Source of the DNA: an uncultured Acidobacteriota bacterium
GTDB lineage: Bacteria > Actinomycetota > Acidimicrobiia > Acidimicrobiales > SHLQ01
Reading direction: 5' to 3'
DNA: 64,000 bases
Assembly (NCBI GenBank): GCA_963738445.1
Contig: CAVTWS010000008.1
Coordinates: 51,764 to 115,763 of the forward strand
Shown: positions 38,113 to 46,506 of the stretch, in pieces
How the letters are laid out: every line of letters begins with the position of its first letter
Numbering within the stretch: the first letter of the stretch is position 1
The notes under the pieces: generated by a model
What the model was told of the DNA's origin: nothing
Databases searched by the model: none
What the model saw: only the letters and a program-made list of their open reading frames with translations
Position numbers and translations under genes: made by a program

Positions 38113-38373
38113 GTGCTGGTCCTTGATGCCTCGGCCACGGTCGAGCTGCTCCTGTCAACCGAGCTGGGCCGGGTCGTTGCCGGATCCATCGCCGACGAGA
38201 ACGAGACGCTGCACGCACCGGAGCTGCTGGGTCCCGAGGTGGTCCGCTCTGGTGTCGACGCCTGTCATGTCGCTCTCGCCGAGGCACTGCGTTCGTCGCT
38301 CCTCACGACCGACGCCGAACTGGCTGGAGCCCATGGCCACCGTGCCGACGTTCGCCTGGTCGCCCGGTCGTAG
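38113..38373 (+). pseudogene. Internally deleted PIN-domain (VapC-like) remnant
   Basis: 86 aa. The N-terminus VLVLDASATVELLL...ETLHAPELLGPEV joins directly to ...DACHVALAEALRSSLLTTDAELA.... About 40-50 residues of a normal PIN core are absent. Upstream (38055-38126) an overlapping frame reads ...PTDLLRDERDLRAGP plus stop, which resembles the tail of an antitoxin. Confidence 0.6.
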
Positions 38374-38393
38374 CGGCATCACGGCGACGCTGC

Positions 38394-39656
38394 ATGGCCC
38401 GGCGTGTAAAACTCGCCCGAGGTACGGCATTCAAAGGGGTGAATGAGGACCGGCGGTGGTGGCGAAACCGACGACGCCGAATCCGTATCGACGTTCCCGA
38501 CGCTCGCGGCGTGACGACACTGTCGGTCTGGCTCATCGAGTTGCCGGGTGGAGCGACGATCGAGGTGCAGGCCCGAGCATCGGACCAGATCTCCCACGTT
38601 GACGCACGGCGCATCGCCGGGTTGGTCATGCCGTCGATCCGATCCGATCGGGATCCGTCGAGTACGGATTGCGCGACCGACGACGTGTACCTGACATTGC
38701 GGCCGGCGGAGATCGTCGACGGCCACGGGCACGCCGAGATCATCGTCACCAACATCGGAGCCTCGCCGTGCTCGCTCCCGTCGTCGCTCGCCGTCGAGGT
38801 CGACTTCCTCATCGCTCCTCCGCCACCGTCGACTCCCAGCCCCGACGAGCTCCAGAACTCGATTGTCGTGCTGCCCCGAACCGACTCCGGGACGGACGAC
38901 TCCGACCCGATGATGGCACCCGGGCAGTCGGTGGCTGTTCTGTTGACCTGGACGGAAACGGGCTCTGGCTTGGCGCTCGACGGTCAGCGCTACTCGGTCA
39001 CGTCTCTCCGAGTCGTCGGTCGGGGCGGTATACCAGGCGACATCAGCGGCACCGAACGTGTGCGCATGCAACCTGACGGGCTCACCTTTCAGGCTCCCGT
39101 CACGACGGACTTCGGCGGGCCGATCGGACGCGCCATGTTCGAGCCGAGCGGAGCCGTCGCTTATGTCAACCCGGCCGACCCGACCGACACACTGTCGATC
39201 TACGGCCTGGGTGCGGTTCGGGTCGACATGACCATGCAAGAAGTCGCCGACGCCACCGGCCACCGAGTCGTCGTGACCGAGTGGGGCGATGTCTCCGGCG
39301 GCTGCGGCTTCGCCCTCATCGGCGGGGTATCACAGATCGGCATCCGGCTCGACGGGCCCGACGAATCGAGCGACCCGGGCCAGGCGGTCGTCGGCGCCGT
39401 AGATGTGAGCGGTCCCTACCGAACCGGGACGGGTATCGGCGTGGGGTCCACCTTCGATGACCTGCAGGACGCCTGGGGCGACCAGGCGTCGGAGATCATC
39501 CCGGGCCTGTACGCCGACGCCTACGTCAGGTTCACTCCCTCCGATCCCGCCGAGGCCGAGTTCGAGGTCGTGGCGTGGTTGGACGATGAGCGCACCGTCA
39601 CCCGACTGGTGGCCGGCCACTCCGGAAGCGCGGGACTTCAGGAGGGGTGTTTGTGA
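38394..39656 (+). CDS. Hypothetical protein (DUF4232-like segment near the N-terminus); start uncertain
   Basis: 420-aa ORF. CATDDVYLTLRPAEIVDGHGHAEIIVTNIGASPCSLP resembles DUF4232. No clear signal peptide is visible. The first roughly 40 codons lie in a lower-GC stretch and may not be coding. Confidence 0.45.
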   Translation: MARRVKLARGTAFKGVNEDRRWWRNRRRRIRIDVPDARGVTTLSVWLIELPGGATIEVQARASDQISHVDARRIAGLVMPSIRSDRDPSSTDCATDDVYLTLRPAEIVDGHGHAEIIVTNIGASPCSLPSSLAVEVDFLIAPPPPSTPSPDELQNSIVVLPRTDSGTDDSDPMMAPGQSVAVLLTWTETGSGLALDGQRYSVTSLRVVGRGGIPGDISGTERVRMQPDGLTFQAPVTTDFGGPIGRAMFEPSGAVAYVNPADPTDTLSIYGLGAVRVDMTMQEVADATGHRVVVTEWGDVSGGCGFALIGGVSQIGIRLDGPDESSDPGQAVVGAVDVSGPYRTGTGIGVGSTFDDLQDAWGDQASEIIPGLYADAYVRFTPSDPAEAEFEVVAWLDDERTVTRLVAGHSGSAGLQEGCL

Positions 39657-39689
39657 TCAACCCCTGTTCGCCACTCACCACCCTCGCCG

Positions 39690-40493
39690 TCAATCGCGGA
39701 AGATCGGCTTGCGGCCTTCGCCACGAGCTCGGATCGACTCCTCGAAGTTCTCGGTCGTGAGCCGCACGTAGAGCTGGGCGGTCATCTCGTTGGTCATGTG
39801 CCCCCGGAAGCTCGACGACTCCAACCCGGCCCACGCCATCTTCTTCGTCAACTCCACCCCGATGCGGCTCAGGGCGGCGATGCGGTCCGCCGTCGCCACG
39901 CAGGTGGCCAGCAGCTCGTCGCCCGGCACGACGCTCGACACCAGACCGATCCGCTCGGCCTCGGCCGCGTCGACATCGCGACCGGTGAGCATGATCTCGG
40001 TCGACCTCCCGGCCCCGACGACTCTCGGCAACACGAAGCTCAAGCCCAGCTCGGCGGCGGTGAGGCCGTTGTTGATGCCGGCCGCCCGGAAGTAGGCGGT
40101 GTCGCTGGCGATGCGTATGTCGCACGAGGCGGCCAGGCACATGCCCCCGCCGATCGCCGGTCCGTTGATCGCAGCGATCACCGGCTGGGGCATCTCGAAG
40201 ATGGCCAGGATCACGTCGTGGAGCAACTCGCCGGCCCGCTGGGCGATCGTGGTGCGGGTGAGACCTTCGATGTGGGGCACCCGGCCCGACGACACCAGGT
40301 CCGCTCCCGAGCAGAAGCCGTGACCGGCGCCGGTGATGATGACGACGCGGGTGTCGTTGTCACGGCTGACCCGTTCGAGCTCCTCCCGCAGCGGGATCAT
40401 CACGTCGAACGCCATGGCGTTCATCCGCTCCGGCCGGTTCAAGGTCACGACGGTGACATGCGGAGCAGGCTTGTCCGTGAGGACGAACGACAC
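39690..40493 (-). CDS. Enoyl-CoA hydratase/isomerase (crotonase) family protein
   Basis: GTG 40493 is preceded by GGGAGG. VTLNRPERMNAM...ITGAGHGFCSGADL...AAINGPAIGGG are crotonase signatures. Confidence 0.85.
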   Translation of the reverse strand: MSFVLTDKPAPHVTVVTLNRPERMNAMAFDVMIPLREELERVSRDNDTRVVIITGAGHGFCSGADLVSSGRVPHIEGLTRTTIAQRAGELLHDVILAIFEMPQPVIAAINGPAIGGGMCLAASCDIRIASDTAYFRAAGINNGLTAAELGLSFVLPRVVGAGRSTEIMLTGRDVDAAEAERIGLVSSVVPGDELLATCVATADRIAALSRIGVELTKKMAWAGLESSSFRGHMTNEMTAQLYVRLTTENFEESIRARGEGRKPIFRD

Positions 40494-40648
40494 GACGGGA
40501 CCTCCCAGTTCAGCGAGGCGACGACCCTCGCACACCACGCCCGCCCAAGCGAACCGACCCGACCCTCCCCCCGTTCTGGGAGACACGACGGTCGCCCACG
40601 CGACCGTTTGGTCTCCCAGAACGGGAGAGCTGATTGAAGGCGCGCGGG

Positions 40649-41224
40649 TCAGAGTGAGGCCAGGAGCTGCTCGCCGCGGGGCGAGAGGCGGTAGCCGACC
40701 TCGAGGCTCTCGGTGAGACCGAGCTCTTTGAGCTTGCGAACCTGGGTCTTCCACCACAGGCGCTCGAACCCCAGCTCCTCGGCCAGATCACCCGCTCGTA
40801 CCGCAGGACGCCCACCGATGAGACGCAACGTGGCCACCGTCCAGGCGCCGTGGGTGGAGGCCCGATCGAACCGCTCCAACCGGGCCCGCACGGCATCGAT
40901 CTCACCCTCGTCGAGCAGCGTCTCCCGGCGGGCCACCCGGGCGTCGGGTCCGGCCAGGTGGAACCGCACGCGATAGAGGAGCCGCTCCGGGTCCGGCGAC
41001 GGGAACGCCGCCCGGGCGGCCGCGGCCGACTCGTAGCCCGCCCGCTGGGCGTCGGAGTCCGTCATGGTCGCCGGGTCGATCGGCTCGACGGATTCGATGG
41101 CCAGCTCGCCGAGCTGCGTCCGCAGCCGGCTGCCGGCCTTCACGGTGGGTCGTTTCCACGAGCGGTAGGCGGTGTCGACCCGACCCGCGGCGATGCCGTC
41201 GAGCGTGAGCCGGTTGAGCAGCAC
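40649..41224 (-). CDS. Hypothetical protein, ASCH/PUA-like N-terminus plus C-terminal winged-helix
   Basis: MLLNRLTLDGIAAGRVDTAYRSWKRPTVKAGSRL... is followed by ...AGDLAEELGFERLWWKTQVRKLKELGLTESLEVGYRLSPRG (wHTH). The family assignment is from memory only. Confidence 0.45.
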   Translation of the reverse strand: MLLNRLTLDGIAAGRVDTAYRSWKRPTVKAGSRLRTQLGELAIESVEPIDPATMTDSDAQRAGYESAAAARAAFPSPDPERLLYRVRFHLAGPDARVARRETLLDEGEIDAVRARLERFDRASTHGAWTVATLRLIGGRPAVRAGDLAEELGFERLWWKTQVRKLKELGLTESLEVGYRLSPRGEQLLASL

Positions 41225-41898
41225 GTCGACGCCCGGTCAGCCGAACTCGCGGGCGGCAACGTGCTCGGTCCGACGTGGCGCTCGAGCCACCCGTTCATGG
41301 CGTCGGCCCGCTCGAACACATCACGGATCCGGGTGAGCGCCGAGCCCGTATGCATCCATCGGGCGAGCGGCCAACCCCGTCCCATGGTCAGGCCCTTCAT
41401 CCGGAGCAGCTCGATCCGCGGGTGGTCCTTGGGCCACCCGCGCGGTGCGGTCTTGAGCAACTCCATGGCGCCGATGTCGAACCTGTCTGCTTCGAGCCCA
41501 TGGGCGATCTCGGCGATCTCGGCGCCGGTTCGGTCATCGCCGACCGCGTCGCGCCAGCGTTCCAGTTGGTCGGTCGCCAGGTGGTACATACCGGTACCGA
41601 CGAACAGCCGGGTGGCGTCGAGCTGCACGTAGTGGGCGACGCCGCCCTCGGACTCGGTCACCCCGCCGGCGTGGTTCTTGTACGGCGTCTTGTCCTTGGA
41701 GAAGCGAACATCGCGGTACGGGCGGAACAGGTGCATGGGGCCGTAGGAGTCGGCGAGGGCCGCGCTCAGCTCGGCGTACGGCGCCTTGACCGCCCGGTCG
41801 TACACGTCTCGGTTCGCCTGCCAGAACGCCTTGCTGTTGTCGGCCTCCAGGCGCTCGTAGAACTCGAACGCCTCGGCCGGAAACCCGGTGAACGCCAT
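41140..41898 (-). CDS. DUF2461 (TIGR02453) family protein; 3' end uncertain
   Basis: The start is at MAFTGFPAEAFEFYERLEADNSKAFWQANRDVY (CAT 41896-41898). FRPYRDVRFSKDKTPYK is present. As delimited, the ORF overlaps the downstream gene by 85 bp. An alternative frame ends ...VAAREFG plus stop at about 41238. Confidence 0.7.
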   Translation of the reverse strand: MAFTGFPAEAFEFYERLEADNSKAFWQANRDVYDRAVKAPYAELSAALADSYGPMHLFRPYRDVRFSKDKTPYKNHAGGVTESEGGVAHYVQLDATRLFVGTGMYHLATDQLERWRDAVGDDRTGAEIAEIAHGLEADRFDIGAMELLKTAPRGWPKDHPRIELLRMKGLTMGRGWPLARWMHTGSALTRIRDVFERADAMNGWLERHVGPSTLPPASSADRASTCCSTGSRSTASPRVGSTPPTARGNDPP

Positions 41899-41918
41899 GA
41901 CGGGAAGATACCGCGGGC

Positions 41919-43091
41919 TCACGACCGGAGGCGTTTGTCGAGGGGTGCGGGGAATCGGGGGGTCACCACGACATCGCCGAGCCATTCCTGGAGCCGCGCC
42001 GCGTGCTCATCCACCATCGACGCGGCCTCGGACCCGATGTCCTCCAGCAACTCGACGACCACCTCGCCGCTCTTGCGCTGGCTCCATCCGCCGACGACGC
42101 GCCCGTCCGTCCAGATCGTCGCTCCGGCGTTGCCGTTGCGGTCGAACAGCGCCGGGCCGTGGTCGCCCAGGTACCAGGCCCGCTCCTTCCAACCCATGAT
42201 CGTGGGGTCGAGCCACGGGAGCAGCGCCACCCAGGGATCGACGTCGGCGACGGCCTCCACGTCGTCGGACAGCACGATCCCCGGCTGCCCGTCGAGGTCG
42301 ACGGTCACGGTGTCGAGCCGGGCCAACGTGGCGCGGATCCGGCCGACACCGAGACCGCTCCACCACACCAGATCGGAGATCGGCGCGGGGCCGAACGACC
42401 GCAGCCACGCCGACAGCAGGGCGGCGGTCGCGTCGTCGACGCTCAACGTGTGCTCGACCGGCGTCGCCGCCACCCAACGGTGCTGGCCGCTCGTCCACGA
42501 CCCCGTCGGGCGGTGCCGCTCGATGTGCCCCTCCGCACCCAGGAGGGTGAGCACCCAGCTGGCCACGCCGATCTCCCCGCCCCACGCCTTGTCCGGCGCG
42601 TAGACGAACTTCGCCTGCAGGGCGGGAATCGCCTTGGACAGCTTGGCGCCCGTGGTCGGCCCGTTGGCCGTCAGGTGCGCTCGGACGGTGTCGTGGACCT
42701 CGGCGAGCCAGCGGTGGCCGTCGGACGACACGTCGTTCGTCTCGAGCTCACGAACGATCCGACGGCGCTGGGTGCCGGCCACGCCGTCGGTGCAGGCGAT
42801 CTGCATCACCGGCAGGCTCGATCGGGGGACCACGAACATCGTGCGCCGCATGCCCAGCGCCAGGATCAGCGATTTGCGCCCGTACAGGGCCTCGTCCAGA
42901 TCGTCGGGCACGAACCCAGGGATGCGGGCCCAGGCGCTCAGGTACAGCGAGGCCCGGTCGGTGGCGTGGAGCCCCACCAGGGCCTGCGCCACGTCATCGA
43001 TGTTCCCACCGGTGCCCGGCCCGAGTCCGTGCCGGCGGGCCAACCGGGCCCGGCGCTCGGCGACCGTGACGGTACGGACGGGGGCGCTCAC
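41919..43091 (-). CDS. YcaQ/AlkZ-family winged-helix DNA glycosylase-like protein
   Basis: GTG 43091. AERRARLARRHGL...ALVGLHATDRASLYLSAWARIPGF...LYGRKSLILALGMRRTMFVVP is typical of the DUF1006/YcaQ family. Confidence 0.7.
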   Translation of the reverse strand: MSAPVRTVTVAERRARLARRHGLGPGTGGNIDDVAQALVGLHATDRASLYLSAWARIPGFVPDDLDEALYGRKSLILALGMRRTMFVVPRSSLPVMQIACTDGVAGTQRRRIVRELETNDVSSDGHRWLAEVHDTVRAHLTANGPTTGAKLSKAIPALQAKFVYAPDKAWGGEIGVASWVLTLLGAEGHIERHRPTGSWTSGQHRWVAATPVEHTLSVDDATAALLSAWLRSFGPAPISDLVWWSGLGVGRIRATLARLDTVTVDLDGQPGIVLSDDVEAVADVDPWVALLPWLDPTIMGWKERAWYLGDHGPALFDRNGNAGATIWTDGRVVGGWSQRKSGEVVVELLEDIGSEAASMVDEHAARLQEWLGDVVVTPRFPAPLDKRLRS

Positions 43092-43786
43092 GGTGCGAAG
43101 TCGCCCAGGCGCCGCACCTGACGGCCGTCCGCATCGAAGTTGGTGGGGGCCAGCCACGCCTCGAACACCTGGCGTCGGGCCCGCCACTCGGCATCGGTGA
43201 TCGAGAACCACGCTGTGTCACGGTTGCGACCCTTGACGACGACGGCCTGGCGGAACTCACCTTCGAACGTGAACCCCAGGCGTGTCGCGGCCCGTCTCGA
43301 CGGCGCGTTCAGGGAGTCGCACTTCCACTCGTACCGCCGGTAGCCGTGCTCGTCGAACGCCCGCCGCGCCATGAGGTACATGGCCTCGGTGGCGGCGACC
43401 GTGCGCTGGAGTGGCGGCGTCATCTTGATCCCGCCCACCTCGATGACGCCGTTGGGCCGGTCGATGCGCAGGTAGCACGCCACTCCGACCGCCTGACCGG
43501 TGAGTGCATCGACGATCGCCCAGGCCATCGGGTCGTCGATCGCGGCCGCGGCCCGGGCCCAGCCGAGGTACTCCTCCAACGTCGCGTACGGACCGTGGGA
43601 GAGGTAGGTCCAGTCGCTTCCCTCGGCGTCGAGCTCGTCACCTCGGAACAGGTCGATGGCATGGCGATCGGGGTCGAGACGCTCGAGGCGGCACCACCGA
43701 CCGACCATCGGATCCGATGACGGGTACGGGCACGGTTCCCAATCGACGACCGGCTCGCCGACGGGTTGGCCGTGGCGGTTCAGCAT
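43088..43786 (-). CDS. GNAT-family N-acetyltransferase (RimJ/RimL-like)
   Basis: ...IEVGGIKMTPPLQRTVAATEAMYLMARRAFDEHGYRRYEWKCDSLNAPSRRAATRLGFTFEGEFR.... The stop overlaps the YcaQ start (GTGA). Confidence 0.8.
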   Translation of the reverse strand: MLNRHGQPVGEPVVDWEPCPYPSSDPMVGRWCRLERLDPDRHAIDLFRGDELDAEGSDWTYLSHGPYATLEEYLGWARAAAAIDDPMAWAIVDALTGQAVGVACYLRIDRPNGVIEVGGIKMTPPLQRTVAATEAMYLMARRAFDEHGYRRYEWKCDSLNAPSRRAATRLGFTFEGEFRQAVVVKGRNRDTAWFSITDAEWRARRQVFEAWLAPTNFDADGRQVRRLGDFAP

Positions 43787-45381
43787 TCACTGCCCTCGGC
43801 GGGGACCTCGAGATCGGTGAGATAGCTCTCGATGAGGCCGTCGATGCACGGGTTCAGCCCATAGGCGGTGTGCTGATCCGCCTCGACCGCGACGAACACC
43901 CCGCCCTCCAGGGCCTCGGCCATCCGCCGGCTGCCCTCGAACGGCGTAGCCGGGTCGCCGGTGTTGCCCACCACGACGATCGGGCCCGCGCCGACCCCGG
44001 TGACCTCGACCGGCGCCGATTCGACCGGCGGCCAGACCGCGCACACCAACACCTCGGCGGCCGCCGTGCTGCCGATCAACGGCGAGGCGGTCACGAAGCG
44101 GTCACGAACGGCCACGGCGGCGTCGACCCCATCCGTGTCCGGCTCATCAGCGCACGAGATGGCGAAGTACGCCTCGAGGTCGTTCGTGTAGGTGCCGTCG
44201 GGCAGGCGCACCATGTACTCGTCGTACTGGGCGAGCAGCCCGGCGCCATCGCCGGCCACCGCATCGGCGAGAGCCTGGGCCAGGGCGGGCCAGGAGGTGT
44301 CGCTGTAGAGGGCGTTGGCCACGCCGAACTCGACGATCCCGGCGGTCAGCGGTGGGCGGCCCGGTTCGGTCGGGATCTCCTCCAGCTCGATCCGGGTCAG
44401 CAGCTCGACGAACACCGCTCGAGGGTCGCCGCCGTTGTTGATCGGGCAGGACGGATCGGCGGCACAGTCGGCGAGGAAGGTGCCGAACGTCGCCTCGAAC
44501 CCGGCGGACTGATCGACCAGCCCGTCGACCCGGCCGACGGTCGGGTCGACGGCGCCGTCGAGCACGGCCGCCCGCACGGTGTCAGGGAACAACGTGGCCC
44601 ACGTGGCGCCGAGCGACGTGCCGTAGCTCCACCCGAAGTAGCTGATCGTGTCCTCCCCCAGCGCCTGGCGGATGGCATCCATGTCGCGCGCCGAGTCGGC
44701 CGTGGAGATGTGGGACAGCAGGTCGCCCGATCGCTCGGCGCACCCGGCGGCGAAGTCCGTCAGGGCGTCCTGCAGCGCCTGTTCCTCGGTCGAGTCGTCG
44801 GGCCCGGAGTCGATGCCGAAGTACGGGTCGTACTCATCGACGCAGTCGACATAGGGCTCGGACAGGCCCGTGCCCCGCGGGTCCCACCCGATGATGTCGA
44901 ACCGGTCGAGGAGGTCGTCGCCGTAGATGTCCTCGGCGACCTCGGCCAGGATGCTGCCCCCAGCACCCGGGCCGCCCGGGTTCACCAGCAGCGACCCGAT
45001 CCGCCGGTCCGGATCGGCCGCCCGGTGGCGCACCAGGTACAGCTCGATCGAGCCCGCCTCGGCGTCCGAATAGTCGAGAGGGACATCGAGGATCCCGGTC
45101 TCGAGCCCGGGCTGGGTCGCCTCCCATTCGATGCCACCCGGGTCGTCGTCGGGGACCTCGGTGGTCGTTGGTTCGGCACTGGTCGACTCCGACGATTCGT
45201 CAGGGGCGCCGTCCGACCCTTCCTCAGCGGGGGACTCGTCGGCGCTGGATTGCTCTGACTCCGCCGAGCCCGAGTCGTCGGATACCGCCGCGTCGGCTCC
45301 GCCGAGCACATCCTCGGTCGCGTCGTCGCCACAGGCGAGAGGGACGGCAGCCACGAGAAGCAACACGAGCGTTCGGCGCAT
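43780..45381 (-). CDS. Secreted alpha/beta-hydrolase lipoprotein (S33 tripeptidyl-aminopeptidase-like)
   Basis: The start is at MRRTLVLLLVAAVPLACGDD (lipobox). An acidic linker follows, then LLVNPGGPGAGG, GWDPRGTG and YFGWSYGT (nucleophile elbow). Confidence 0.75.
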   Translation of the reverse strand: MRRTLVLLLVAAVPLACGDDATEDVLGGADAAVSDDSGSAESEQSSADESPAEEGSDGAPDESSESTSAEPTTTEVPDDDPGGIEWEATQPGLETGILDVPLDYSDAEAGSIELYLVRHRAADPDRRIGSLLVNPGGPGAGGSILAEVAEDIYGDDLLDRFDIIGWDPRGTGLSEPYVDCVDEYDPYFGIDSGPDDSTEEQALQDALTDFAAGCAERSGDLLSHISTADSARDMDAIRQALGEDTISYFGWSYGTSLGATWATLFPDTVRAAVLDGAVDPTVGRVDGLVDQSAGFEATFGTFLADCAADPSCPINNGGDPRAVFVELLTRIELEEIPTEPGRPPLTAGIVEFGVANALYSDTSWPALAQALADAVAGDGAGLLAQYDEYMVRLPDGTYTNDLEAYFAISCADEPDTDGVDAAVAVRDRFVTASPLIGSTAAAEVLVCAVWPPVESAPVEVTGVGAGPIVVVGNTGDPATPFEGSRRMAEALEGGVFVAVEADQHTAYGLNPCIDGLIESYLTDLEVPAEGSEC

Positions 45382-45422
45382 GGCCGGAACTGTACCGAGC
45401 GGCGCCCCGAACACCGGGTCGG

Positions 45423-46505
45423 TCAGCGACCGCGGAATCGGCGACCGAGACCGCTCCCCGGACGCCGGGCGGAGTCGGCGCGCGCCGGTTCTCCGCCGTC
45501 GAGGCTCTCCACCGCGTCGCGGATCGACGCGTGCGCCGGAGTCCACGCCACCGGGCTCTCGGTCGCCCGAACCGCCTCGGTCAGGTCGATGACCGGAGGG
45601 GCTTCGAGCCGGCGGGCGGGCACCGGCTTGTGGTCGGTGGGAATCCTCGGCGGCTCGGGTTGGGCCCGAGGATCGGTCTCGACGACGGGCCCGGCCTCGA
45701 CGGGATGCGGTTCGCCAGCCGTGGTCGGGATGGTGAGATCGATGGCCGACGGTTGCTCGGGCTCCGGTTGAGGCTCAGCTCCCGGCCAGACGAGGGGTTG
45801 GCGAGTCATGCGGTCCACAAGGGTGTCGGCGGAGCCGAGGTCGATGTGGAGCCGGGTGGCGGCAGCATGCAGGGCGTCGATCTGCTGCGGGCCGACATGG
45901 CCACCGCTGACCGCGACCGACACGAGGAGTCGGAGCAGCGCGTGGCGATCGGCCAGAGGCGCCGTGGCCGGGTCGAACGTGGGAGCAAAGGCCTGGCCGC
46001 TGTCCGGCAGAAGACCATGGTCCGGGCGCATCCGATGCCACCGGTGGGTGTGGAACACGCGCCGGGTGGCGGCGTCCGGGACTCGTCCTTCGACCTCGAT
46101 GCGGTCCTCGAGACGCCAGACCTCGGCTTCGGTGACGAGCCCGTCCGCCACGATGATCCGCCACGCCATGCGGAGCGATTCGAGCCGGAACAGGGCATCG
46201 GCATCCAACGAATCGGGCTCGATCTCCCGGTACATCGTCAACCGCCCGGCGGCGTGCGGGTCACCGACCCGGGGATCGGGAACCAGCGCGAACCGGGCAT
46301 CGTCGAGGTGCACGAGCAGGTCGTGATACGCGGCGGGGTCGGCCGCGAGGTCGACCGGGAAGGGCCACACACTCGACAGCTCCGACGCGTCGACCTCCCC
46401 GACGCCGTCGGCGCCACACCGGCGGTCCAGTAGCTCGATGAGCGCCGGCACGGCCGCAGGATCATGGCCGCCCAGCTCGACGGGCAGGAGGACACGGCGG
46501 ATCAC
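45423..46505 (-). CDS. Hypothetical protein with a TerB-like core and a Pro/Glu-rich C-terminal tail
   Basis: GTG 46505 lies 1 nt after the upstream stop. ...LRMAWRIIVADGLVTEAEVWRLEDRIE... and ...LLRLLVSVAVSGGHVGPQQIDALHAAATRLHID... resemble the paired helices of TerB (ADG-x-x-x-x-E). The tail is low-complexity PEPEQP... with two IDLT motifs. Confidence 0.5.
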   Translation of the reverse strand: MIRRVLLPVELGGHDPAAVPALIELLDRRCGADGVGEVDASELSSVWPFPVDLAADPAAYHDLLVHLDDARFALVPDPRVGDPHAAGRLTMYREIEPDSLDADALFRLESLRMAWRIIVADGLVTEAEVWRLEDRIEVEGRVPDAATRRVFHTHRWHRMRPDHGLLPDSGQAFAPTFDPATAPLADRHALLRLLVSVAVSGGHVGPQQIDALHAAATRLHIDLGSADTLVDRMTRQPLVWPGAEPQPEPEQPSAIDLTIPTTAGEPHPVEAGPVVETDPRAQPEPPRIPTDHKPVPARRLEAPPVIDLTEAVRATESPVAWTPAHASIRDAVESLDGGEPARADSARRPGSGLGRRFRGR

Positions 46506-46506
46506 G

